A stretch of 63,731 nt of DNA, filler included, from Rhabdomonas costata (lineage: Eukaryota), in assembly GCA_019059605.1 (NCBI GenBank). It is 27 parts of 27 records of this genome, joined end to end, with 100 filler letters (N's around TTAATTAATTAA, not from the genome) between each part and the next. Parts side by side here need not be neighbours in the genome. Positions count along the whole stretch, not along the records: positions 11,826 to 14,098 come from JAHMHO010004416.1; positions 14,199 to 16,463 come from JAHMHO010004417.1; positions 16,564 to 18,828 come from JAHMHO010004418.1; positions 18,929 to 21,193 come from JAHMHO010004419.1; positions 21,294 to 23,558 come from JAHMHO010004420.1; 22 more parts are not named here. One strand, given 5' to 3'. Positions 11,826 through 23,182 of this stretch are shown one piece after another (within the stretch, counting starts at the first letter, position 1; each line of letters begins with the position of its first letter). The notes under the pieces are model-generated. The model searched no databases, was not told the DNA's origin, and worked only from the letters and a program-made list of their open reading frames with translations. Both the position numbers and the translations under genes were made by a program.

Positions 11826-13740
11826 TTCGGGTTTTTGAGTTCGGTGTTCGGTCTTTAGGTCTTCGGGTTCTGGGTTCGGGTTTGCCTCCTCGGAGGTTGG
11901 GTTCTTTCTTCAAGCGCATATAAACTACTACAATAATGGACGGGTTAAAATCGGTACCAGCAATTGCGGCTATACCAGACGTCCTGCCTTCTGTTCTACA
12001 CCAGCGTCTTCTTCAGGTATCGCTTATCCATGTAGCCAATTTGTGTGGGTTTCGAGGGTCTCAGGGTCAGGGTTCGTGAGGTATCGGTCTTTCGGCATCA
12101 GGGGTTGGGGTTCGTGAGGGTATGGGTTGGGGGTGTATGCGTATTCGTGGGTGTGTTGCTGGTGGTGTATGCGTGTGTGTCTGCGAGTCGAGGATGGTTG
12201 TGCGTCGGAGTTATGCCTTGGGTTTGGGTTCGTAGTTGTGCCTTTGTGATGTGCTGTGCGGAAACGCTTCTTAGTCAACCATGCCGATTGCACTTTCCCA
12301 TTTCACCGGTATCCATTGTTGTTGGCCTTCCCAGGGATTCAGTGTTCTTACATTTGGTACTGTGTCCTTCGACGAGCGTGCTGGAAGTGATTGGATAGGA
12401 GACCTAAGGGGGACTGTGTGACCAAGCATAAGGCACTACCCGCTTCATAGCTACGACCTAGGTAAACGACACCAACATGCGTACACACGACAAGCTGAGA
12501 TCCCACGTAGGAAACGAGGAAATGGAATGTGGAGTACTACGTGGAAGGCCGCTGGGAAATGGCGATGCGAAGGCTGTACGCAAACGGCACAGGTTGCTCA
12601 AGCGTACGTGCTGACGTTGAACCAAGTGGTAGAGGGTGAGCCGTTGACGTAAACCACAGGTTGGCACACGTCACATGGCCCTTTACAACCAGCGACACAC
12701 ACCGATAGCCACAATGTACGTGTGGGTATAACCAACCTATGGTATGCTGCCATGGTAGTAGTTGTATCGCATGTATGTTATGCCTAGAGGTAAAGCGTAA
12801 GGGTAGTGACAGTGCTACGCTGATCCCTACACCCCAAGCTATACCCTATGCTTCAGTGGCTCCACACAACCCACATGATAGGCTCATGGTTGAGGTCAGT
12901 GGTTAACGGTAGCGTATCAGCAGCAATGCCTACTCTACTCACACCACAGTACCCGAATCATGCCATAGATGTTGGTGGTTGAGGCGTCAGAGTTACCGGT
13001 AGTGGTAGTGCATGCTGCCATTGCTCACACTCCGACACCCGAACCCTAACACGATGGTTGCCTTGGTGGTTGCGTTGATGGTGGTTGTGTATGCCTAGTG
13101 CCTTGACGCTACGCATTACCCTCCACTACCCTACGCACCAACCCATGGAAGAGGTGAAGGGTTAGAGTGAAGTGAAGGGACGCAGTGGTGATGCTGACGT
13201 TGATGCCTAGGGTGTAAATGCCTGATGGTAGAAGTGACGCTAACCCTACCGCTAATGCCTCAACCCAACCCTAAGCGTAACCTTCACTGAGGGTATTCGC
13301 TACGGCTACGCCAAGGACGGAACGAGCGTACCGATGTGAGTCGGGGAGCGAGGGAAGTGACACGTAGGGCAGTTGAAGGGTGGAGGGACTGAGCGTACCA
13401 TCCGTAAGTGGTGGGGAGCTCAGGACCGACAGGGAGATGCCTTGATGCCCGCAAGGGGTAGAGGGCTGCGACCCAGCGGGGAGCCTCTATGGGTAAAGAA
13501 GAAAGGGTTAATGCTGGTCGTGATGCCTCAGGCCGATGCCTTCGTCATCACTCCCTAGATGTGGTGGTTCAGGCTACTCCCCACCCTAAGGTGGTACGTA
13601 GCCTTCACCTTCCCTCCATGATGGTCCCTTCGCTGCGCTCATGGCCCATCATGTAGGGGTATTCGCTGTGGCTACGCCAGGTCGGAACGAGTGGAGGCAT
13701 TCCCTCCACTCGTGAGGGACCCGCGGTCACCAAAGCCTAA
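11826..13740. repeat. G/T-rich tract plus tandem hairpin array (shared family, copy 2), likely retroelement-derived
   Basis: G/T tracts at 11826-11900 and 12045-12250; imperfect hairpins at 12721-13720. 13552-13596 matches 55207-55249. An internal direct repeat gggtattcgct..ggctacgcca.g.cggaacgag sits at ~13291 and ~13657. Confidence 0.75.
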
Positions 13741-13905
13741 CAACGATAAATCCCAAACTGACTCAAAATCAAAGCGTGTAGCACTGCAAAAATTTACCGC
13801 CCTCCCCCCTTGATTTTTATATGCGTCTCCGTGATCTGTCTAAGAGTTTTTTTTGGCAATGCCTGGGAAGCTCCGGATGTGGTGGTGGTGTCAGGCTGAT
13901 GTCCA

Positions 13906-14012
13906 GCCTCGAGGTGCTTCGGAGCCGTCACGAGAGGACGGTGTTTCGGTTAACCCTGGTCAAGGAGTGGAACATGGAAAGCGTCGAGGGCTACGCCCGC
14001 CTCATTGCAGAG
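13906..14012 (+). CDS. Isolated exon, unknown protein
   Basis: ccag acceptor and gtcacg donor flank LEVLRSRHERTVFRLTLVKEWNMESVEGYARLIAE. Confidence 0.45.
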
Positions 14013-14510
14013 GTCACGTTTCTTTTCGGAGGGCATCTTTGGCCTTCATTTCAGTTTATGTGTTCCTCAATGTTTTCAGTGTACAGTCCCCACCCCCCNN
14101 NNNNNNNNNNNNNNNNNNNNNNNNNNNNNNNNNNNNNNNNNNTTAATTAATTAANNNNNNNNNNNNNNNNNNNNNNNNNNNNNNNNNNNNNNNNNNNNTT
14201 GTGTTTTGTTTGTTTGCTTGTTTGCTTGTTTGCTTGTAGCTTTTCCGTGGTTGGTTTCAGACCGTTTCGGGGCTGCCACAGTAAGAGAGCCATCTGCAAT
14301 CGATTTCTTCCAAAGGCTGGGTCGGCGTCGGCGTGGTGCCATTGGTCTGCCTCTCGTGCCCTCATACTCCCACATTCGTTCGGAAACGTACCGAAGCAAG
14401 TTTTGGCGTAAGTTTCCTTCTCATCTCACTAACAAAAAATGAATAACTTCTAACTGCTGGTATGACTCACTGTTTCGTTCGCACCCGCGATTGCTTTTGT
14501 ATGGAAAAAG

Positions 14511-16463
14511 GTGCTGTTCTTTGGGAACTCGGCGGAGAAGAGCGCCAAGCTGGTGAGCATCCTGAGACAGCTGCAGAAGTATGCGCGGTGTACAAACAAG
14601 CACCACTCGTGCCAGTGCCAGGGTGGTCATTCGGGGTTGGCATCCACTTGTCGACCATAAAGCACGAAGACACCCAAGATGCATGCGTCCAACTCGTGTG
14701 CGGACTCTTGCGTTGCATCAAGATGAGCACCCCCCATCAATCGTTTTCATCCCCGTTGGCGCGGGGACGCCTGTTGTGTTAACATCCACATCTTCGGACG
14801 GGCACAGTCTGTGGGCCTGAAATTCCAAAAAAAAAATTTCACTTCGCCTTGAGCCGTGAGCGTGATAAAACCTTTCCAAGCAAGCCCATTGGCGGAATAC
14901 TCGGGGTGATGGGCATCACCAAGTCAGCAATCGGTTAGAGAAGTCAAATTTTTCACGGTTTTCTCGCATTCTGGTGGGCTCAATTTTTCACAATTTTGCG
15001 GTGGGTATCGGGGTGGGTGGGGACATACATTGGGGTTCCCTCACTAGTGGCAGTCCGTGCACAGTTCGGACATTTCGCAGCTGTCCGTCCAAGACATTGG
15101 AAATAGAGATGCAGCCTTGCCTTTTCTTCTCTCCGACTTGGAGCTTTTTAACTACGAACATGCCTCTTTCCCAGGGATCACCCCGATGACAGCCGAACCC
15201 TGATTTTTGTCAACTCTAAGGTGCCATCCGACCCCCCACTCTTCTCTTCTTCCTTCCTTCCCAGCATATGAAGCTCGAAAACATATCACGCAAAACCAAT
15301 GCCCCTGAACACCACTATCATGCTTTGCAAATTCTGGTGAACTTTGGGATTCGCTGGTCGGTGATAGTGGGGAGCAATTTTTGAGCTCCGGACTGGTTGA
15401 CTACAATGCATCCTCCTCCCCCCTTCCTATCGGTCCTCCACTTCCAAGAAGAATATACGCACAATGGCACAGGAGTTTGGGGATACTCTGCTGGAAGAGC
15501 TCTCGCACTGGTTCCCGGGGCGCGTCCTGGGCCTCCACGGGGAGTTCCCACAGGGTATGGACGCGGGTTTTATCGGGGTTGTGTTGAACTGGCGTACTTT
15601 TTTTTCTGTGCGAGTGAGCTGTGCGTGTTTATTCTCTTCTGGGGTCTGATCCTTGGCTCGAAATGTGGAAATGGAGGCCAGGATAAGTGCGAGTGCACTT
15701 TCTGTGATTGCCATTCTTTGGAATGATTGTTCGGGGATGCGCGAACGATTTTGCTTCCAAATCGTTTCCCCTTTGCTTTTTATGCCTTTCTTGTTGCCCT
15801 TTCAGATCATCGAGAACGTGTACTGGCTCAGTTTCGCCAGGTTTGAATTTCCATCTGACTTCCTTCCGTTTTGCTCTCTTGCCACTGTACACAAGTTAGG
15901 CTTTTCGCTTTGCTACGTTCTCCGCGTGGACACCTGTTCTGCCAACAGGATGGTTGGATGCTTTGTGCTACCTCTTCATGGCGCTGCCCTGTTCATTTGC
16001 TTCCTATTTAGACAGAGATGCGAAAGAAAAAGTTGGCTGGAAGTGTTGAGTTTAGCAGAGCTGTATAACGCACTCGTGATATTCCTCGCGAGGTCCTCCT
16101 TTTTGCATGCCGACGGGTTCAGGACACCGCATCCATCCTGGTGTCCACGGACGTGCTTTCCCGGGGGATGGACATCGGTGGGCTTCCCTGTGTGGTGAAC
16201 TTCGACATGCCGCACGACATCGAGCCCTACATCCACCGCATCGGCCGCACGGGCCGCGCGGGAAGGCCCGGGATTGCGTTCAGCCTTTTTGGGGAGCACG
16301 ACGCCGTGGTGGCTGCAGACCTTGTTCATGTCCTGCAGGCCGCTGGGGCGGAGGTCCCTCCGCTGCTGCTCTCCTACGCCGCCTCCTGGCGCCGTCTGCG
16401 CGCTGAGAGGCGGCGGGCAAGGCGGGCTCGTCGACAAACTGAACAAAACGCCCGCTCTGCCCG
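14511..16463 (+). CDS. DEAD-box RNA helicase, C-terminal domain (exons 14511-14578, 15175-15220, 15473-15554, 15806-15840, 16123-~16463)
   Basis: The exons splice in frame via GT-AG introns to give LIFVNSK (motif IV), [18 protein letters not shown] (QxxR), [10 protein letters not shown] (V) and [12 protein letters not shown] (VI). Confidence 0.95.
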
Positions 16464-16563
16464 NNNNNNNNNNNNNNNNNNNNNNNNNNNNNNNNNNNNN
16501 NNNNNNNTTAATTAATTAANNNNNNNNNNNNNNNNNNNNNNNNNNNNNNNNNNNNNNNNNNNN

Positions 16564-17028
16564 TATTGGGTAGGGCAGCAGCTTTGTCCGAGTTCGCGCG
16601 GATAACGTCATGCTTCCGAGGGTCGACCCCAAGCTCGTTCAGAAAAAGGTAAGTGAGCCGCAGCTCAGATGGGATCTCATTTCTGTGGTCAAAAGTGCGG
16701 TCTCCGCACTTTGCCTGGTACTGCTGGCAAGCAGGAAATGGGACATTGAAAACGTCGTGGATGCTTTTGTTTGCAGGATCGTCACTGACCTCGGTGTCAC
16801 TCCACAGCAGGTAGTCCTTCTTGGCGACTACTTGATTGCAAACTTGGTTAGGCAGACCCGGGACCATTTCCGCGGGGTGCACGGGAGGCCTGGGAGGCTG
16901 CTTGGCCTCCCAGGTACTGTATTCCAGAGGAAATTCCATCCGCAATTGTTGCATGAAACTATCGAGGTATGCCTCGGTATTCGGACGAATGTGGCGTAGT
17001 GCGGAGGTCATGCGGTCCACCAGTAAGG
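16564..17028 (-). CDS. Long exon of an unknown protein
   Basis: About 155 open codons follow a pyrimidine-rich cag acceptor (LLVDRMTSALRHIRPNTEAYLDSFMQQLRMEF...). No family recognised. Confidence 0.55.
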
Positions 17029-20000
17029 CTGAGGGGAGAGAAAACACTCGGGAGCACAAATAATACCAGACATTCGCCACGCCCTCAACAGCACAAATCC
17101 AGGAGGAGCGAGCAAAGACCCCCACCTTCTATGTTTGGTTTCGTCCCGCGCAAAAATTCACCCTATGATATGGCGTCGAACGACTGAAAGGGGAAGTTTT
17201 TTTCGCACGGTTCTTCCCTGAACAGGTGCATTGCATCCCGAGACCCTAACCCTGCCCAACAGCTCAAAGAAGACGCGCTTAGCCTCTCCATGCCAGCAGC
17301 GCGCCAAAAATTCCAAATTACATCTCCATGGGGACAATACCGGGACTCTTTAAAAAGAAGTCAACAGTTACAAGCTATGAGTTATGAGTTTACCACCAAA
17401 AGTTGACCAGCAGCATTATTCACATCCTCACTAATTTGTTATTCGAATTCTTCTGAAGCAATCATGTATTGAGATGGCGAGGGCGAAAAATCAATTAATG
17501 CGTAATACCAATACAAACGTTTCAGCTCAGGTCAGTTCCCCACACCGCATCCCGCGCGGGGACAGATTCAAATATCTGTCTCAGCATCCCGTCACTCACA
17601 AATCGCACAATACATACTAAGGGTCTCCTCGGAAAGTGGCTCCTCGCCCGTCAGGGTTGCCGGTGCTTCTGAAGCTATAGACATTGAATCGTTCCAAATT
17701 GCAAAGGAAATAACCGGGTTCGCTGTGAAGAGAACACGAATGGGAAAAATTTGAGCGGCCACCTGGGTAGGTACATGGGTGATCGGGGCAGATCGAGGGA
17801 AGACCCCAGTACATATCTGCCCTGGTTATGTGGAACATACACAAACTCAGCCTTTCTCTGTACCGACCTAAATTCGCATTACCCACTCGTCAGGCCTTGC
17901 TTCTTCAACTCATGGCACGCACCTCAACGTTCAGAATGTACTAGCAAGCCCTTTAGAGGATTGCCATGCAAGCAGTTGTGTCAACCGTGATCATTATCGA
18001 TGTCAGGGAGAAAAAAGACGGCAGCCAAACACCGCCGCGAACCGGCCGCCGACAAGGGTGAAGTCAGCGTTGTGAACAGGGGGGGGGGGGCAAAAGAACG
18101 TGCCGCAGTAAGCTGCAGGAGTCACCGTGCGCGAAGACATGGCTGGAGCACAGCCCACAAGTCATGCCTACGATGAGCTCTGGGCTGACACCCGCCGATG
18201 GGAAGCACGGCGGCCGTTTGGCAGACGCTTGGGGCCCTATTGGTGAGCGTCCAACGGTTACCCTCCCAGAAGGGACGAATGCCTTTGCATCTCAGCTGCT
18301 AAAAAAGGAAAGGAAAAAAGGACCGGAAAGGAAATAGGAACCACACCACGACCATCCCAGGTTGAACTCTTTTTGTGCAATTTGTCAATTTGTCATGAAG
18401 AATATTTGAAGAGAAAATAAGGAGATTCATTCCGCCGTCAAACCATCCCCATCATCATATTAAAGCCCCAAAACACCCCAAAATGGCCCTTAAAAAGCCT
18501 CCAGTGTGGCTCTAAACCAAAGCATTCCGGCCCACTCCGGTGGGTGCCAGCGAAAAGTACTCCTGGGTTTTACCCTCAAATAGGCTAAGCAGGCCCCGTC
18601 GAAAGCTTAGGCTCAGTATGCAGGCCTGCAAAGGTCTGAAAAGTGGAGCCCGGGCCTTGAAGATTTTCTAAGTCAAAAAAGAAGGACCGAAATGGGAAGG
18701 AAAATTGAAGAGGCCATATCTCGGCATAGAGGAGTCCGAGGCCGGGAAGAGGCCAACCAACTCATCTCAGGAGTACCTCCATACCACCAAATATGAGCCC
18801 CAACGTCGTCACTCTAGCACCCCACCACNNNNNNNNNNNNNNNNNNNNNNNNNNNNNNNNNNNNNNNNNNNNTTAATTAATTAANNNNNNNNNNNNNNNN
18901 NNNNNNNNNNNNNNNNNNNNNNNNNNNNTTGGGTGACGCTTTTTGACATCATTTAGAGATAGAGTTGGAGTTCCAGCCGTAGAGTCAGAAAAAAGAGCCG
19001 AAATGTTGGGTCCCTTTTTTGGGGGGCTATTTTGTATGTAGTGCGTTGTACGGAGCATCGGAAGAGGTGGATCGGCATAAGCTTCTATTGATTGGTCGTG
19101 CTCTGGATTAGTGGGATAGAGAGTACCATGCGATAGCGCTTGAGCTTTCGGTGTTTTAAATGCAAAAGGAATGTAGCTGTTCATTGGATTTGACACCCGC
19201 TGGGCTGATAAATATCCGCCAAACTTTTTTCGGTATTTTTTTTGAGATGTTTATAAACTGACTGCTCCGAAGCAAGCTCACAACAAATACGACTTCGCGC
19301 CCTATTTCAGTACATTATTTCTGTGTCGTCTGTTCCGTCAACTGTGTTTTTTTCCTTTATGTTTCCCCAGCATTGCTTTCTCTTTCTTTTTTATACATTT
19401 TTTTTGCGAGCATCAATGGCGACAGAGTACTTGCAGCGGTTATGCGCAATTAGAGCCTCCGGCCACTTCCTCACCGTAGGTACTCCATTGTGTTAGCGCG
19501 CGGTGCGATCTGCAAATGCCTTGGTTTGGCCACTGTTTGTATCGATTAGAATATTTTTCTTAGAGTTAAGTGATGGGCTGTTTCCCTCCCCTTTTTTTTT
19601 GGGGGGGGGGTTGTACTTCATGCAGGGAAATCGTTAACTCGAGAAATGCAAAAAACTGCAGGGGAAAACGAAATATACCACATTACCTTTCTGAAAACCA
19701 AAAACAAACGGAAAAATTTGAAAGAAATACGGCAAAAACTAAATACAAATAAATACGAAGAGATTTTTATTGAAAATGTGCTGAAATATAAAGATCAAGT
19801 TGTTTTTGCTGTGTTGCGCAGGTGATCGTGACCTGAACCTTTCGGCTGAGTTGTGCTGCAAGCTTGATTTGGGAGATCGTCTCGTTGCCTCCACTCCGGA
19901 GAAGGAGGAGGCCTGTTCGAGGTGTAGTTAGGGTTCACCTCAGTTCTGATTTGTTGAGCGCAAATTTGGGCTGAATTTGTCAGGGGTGATTTTGGCTTAT

Positions 20001-21352
20001 AAACACAGCCGTTTCCTGAGATGGTCCACCACCCTGCAGTGATTTTAAGTTTCTAACCTTTCCTCGGAAAGGACTCTTTATCACGCTGAACATCATTTCT
20101 CATTACCTGATCCTTCTGCACCTTTTCCCTTTGCATCGACCTCTTCGTCAAACAGCTGCGTCTTTGACGGCTCCAACCCTGCTGAGGTGCTGAGCAAGAG
20201 GGCCTCGAAGGTTTTCTTCGAGGCCCGTGTGGAGGCCATGACCAGCTTCTCTGCCTTGGCGGGGCGGAGCTTCATCGGCATTGTCTGGGTTGTTCACTTG
20301 GAGGGTGTGCAGATCCTCCCCCACTTTCGCGTCTTTGCAAAGAAACTCTTTGCCACGAAATTTCTTAGACCAATGGCATCCATCTGACTCCTCGAGGTGG
20401 CCTTGCTCTACTTCCGCGTGTGCCCTCCCCTCGGTCCTCACTTCTTTTTTATGCTGTGCTCAGAAGTCCAGCGGCGCAGTGTGGGTGAAGGGCAGGAGTG
20501 GGCCTTCACATCCCTTCGTAACCTCACGTCTCTACTGGAAAACGATGGAGCCTTGCTGGTTCTGCTGTTTGCTTTGATTTTTTGTTGCCCCTTGCTCGTC
20601 CCAGAATCTGTTTGGGAAAGATATGGGAGACCTTTTTGCTGACATTTTCCGGCTGCCGTCTCATTGATGTTATTGCTTTTCTTGCCTGAATCATAAGCTG
20701 CCCCCCTCTCAGAAACTGCTGGACGTTGTGTTACCCGCGGTTTCGGCGAGGACAACCCTTTCTCTGAAAAAGGAGCATGAGCATTTTTTGTCAGAATCCC
20801 TCTTCGTGGTTTGGCATCCGAGGGAGAATCTGCGCAACACGACGAACAGAGGAAATAGTGCGGCGTGCATGTTCCCAACAAACCTGCTGGGCGGCGGACA
20901 TTTATAAACAAAAAAAAAGTGGTGGGTCAAGAGTCACCCGGACCAGGAAAGTGCCCGCTGCTGGTTTGCACTCTGCTCTGTAAAGATGAGGAGGATGTCA
21001 TATAGGGAGGGCTATACCGAAGCAGGCCTGGGGTCTTTTGTCTTGTGAAGTGCAATAGATCTTCCGAAACGCTGTGTGGCCGGTCCTAATTGGCCAGAGC
21101 TTCCTGGCCTTTCACCCTCGGCTGGTGGTGGTGCCCCATGGCAGCTCTTCGTATCCTCCTTCCCTTATACTCACCGGGTCGGCTGGGAGTGTANNNNNNN
21201 NNNNNNNNNNNNNNNNNNNNNNNNNNNNNNNNNNNNNTTAATTAATTAANNNNNNNNNNNNNNNNNNNNNNNNNNNNNNNNNNNNNNNNNNNNGGTTGGT
21301 TGGGCTGCTGCTGGTGTTCTTTGTGATGCTTTTCTTCCGCCGCCGCTCTGCT

Positions 21353-23182
21353 CGGCGGCGGAAGAAAAGCATCACAAAGAACACCAGCAGCAGCCCGGCC
21401 AGCCCGGCGGGCACCCCAACAGCCAGGACGATCCACCACATGCTGGTGGGTGGGGCCACGCAGCGGCCCGTGGCCCCATCGGTGGTCTCGTACACCAGGT
21501 TGCTGGCACAGGGCCCGCAGGTGCCCTGCAATGAGTGGCAGAGTCTAAATCCTTTCTTCCCCGGGCAAGCAATTACAGACGGCGTTGTAAGGGTTTGCCC
21601 GACAATTGCTTTCTACCGAAAAGGTGAGGAGGTAAGATTCATGCGCCGGTAGGAAAGCTGGGGCTTAGGGCTCCATCACCAATCCACAAACAGAGGCTGC
21701 GATGAGGTCATGAATGAATTTTTTTTGCGTGAGCGTGTGAAAAATACATAGTCGGCAAACAAAAGAACCACTGGAAAGAAGATAAGCTAACCGTCAGTGG
21801 TGAAGGAACGACGACCAGAAGTAGACAACACCACTTGTAACCGACTGTCACACACTCCCAACCCATACCGACCCTGCCCACAGGCCAAGCGACTGCACGT
21901 AACCAAAGTAAAGGATTTTCCTTCATTAGCGTAAACCGCGAAGTCGACACAAACCTGCAGAATATCGAAAACATAGGGCGCCACGCAGTGCGTGCAGCTC
22001 ATTCCCTTCAGGCTGAACGTTCGAGGGCTGTCATACAGCTCCCCGTCGAACAGCGCCACCACAAAACTGTCCGCGAAGCCCGGCCCACAGCTGAGGTACG
22101 CCGTGGCCTCGGCCATGCTGGGGCGATACCACACCCCCGCCCCAACACCCCACGAGGCATTCAGCCTCAGAGCTGTGGTGCCCAAGGCCGGCGAGAGGCT
22201 CAGCGCGCCCGCGCTGGGCAGCCCCATCAGCACCCAGCTCAGGTTTGTGGGTGTGGCAGGCATGTCCACGTCCGTGCCATTGAGGAGCAGAGTGGTGGTG
22301 GAGATCTGGCTGACGCTTGTCGCAACAAAGGGCACCCAGTGCGGGGCATGGTTGACGTGGATGATGGTGAAGTTGTAATGGATGTCCGAGGTTACCCTGA
22401 GATGATGACGTCGCGGGGGGTTTACGCTGCGCTGCTACGCTTTTTTCGGGGTAGCGGCTCAAATATAGCAAGCGTGAATGCGGCACAATTTGGGCTTTGC
22501 TCGTTTGATCAATAACCCATTCTAATTTCTTCCTTTTCTCAATCTCACCCCCTGCCCACAAAACGCATTGTACCGGTGATCCAGTCCTCAGTTATCAGGT
22601 AGATACCAGAAGTCGTTTTTATGTTTTCAACCCCGGCACTATCCCGGAAACGGATTCGAAAAGAGTCCCCGCTTTCGGGAAAAAATGCATGCACCCACAC
22701 GAACTTAGCCAAAAGCTGCAACCATATTAAAAAAGTAAACATAAACAAACAAACACAACTGTCCCTAAGTCAAGGAATAAAACATAAAAATAACCAAAGC
22801 AAGTGACCGACAACCAACCCTAAAACTACTTTTCCTGTTGCAAAGCACTGTGGGAACACTTCCCGAGCGAACTTGGAAGAACTGTCCACTTGACAGAAAT
22901 GAAGACAGGCACGTACACCAAACGAGCCAACACTCCCACAAAGTAACACAAGTAATCCAAAAAACCCACTTTCCCATCCCACATCTCAATTCCACAGCAC
23001 CTGGTGAAATCTCCAGGGCAATCCGTGAAAACAAACCGGAACTCGTCCAGGCCCCACCCCAGATGGAAGGGGCGGTACTCCAGATTGTACGGCGGACCGA
23101 CCTTGTCCATGGGCGCGTCGTAGGTCCCAATGAGCATCGCTCCTCCGAGCTCGAAGTAGGTCTGGTACACGCTACAGTCGAA
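21353..23182 (-). CDS. Type I membrane protein with Ig-like (Big_9/cadherin-like) repeats, a Cys-rich segment and a TM helix, partial
   Basis: HVNHAP...LNGTDVD...LSWVLMGLPSAGAL...VWYRP...ADSFVVALFDGEL fits the Big_9 pattern, and YRPFHLGWGLDEFRF looks like the end of another repeat. These are followed by CGPC...GRC, the TM segment WWIVLAVGVPAGLAGLLLVFFVMLFF and an RRR stop-transfer. Confidence 0.7.

Noticed and set aside
12500-12560. Chromodomain-like peptide RKWNVEYYV on the + strand
   Set aside because: Too short, interrupted by a stop, and on the opposite strand to the putative pol remnant.
17861-17900. Possible hammerhead ribozyme core on the - strand (CTGACGA...GAAT)
   Set aside because: It has GAAT instead of GAAA, a weak stem II and no convincing stems I and III.
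21302-21396. Perfect 44-bp-arm hairpin giving the same TM peptide on both strands
   Set aside because: It lies at a contig start and duplicates coding sequence exactly. It begins with ggttggtt, a G/T-only version of the template's ggctggcc, as expected for a primer-initiated fold-back chimera.
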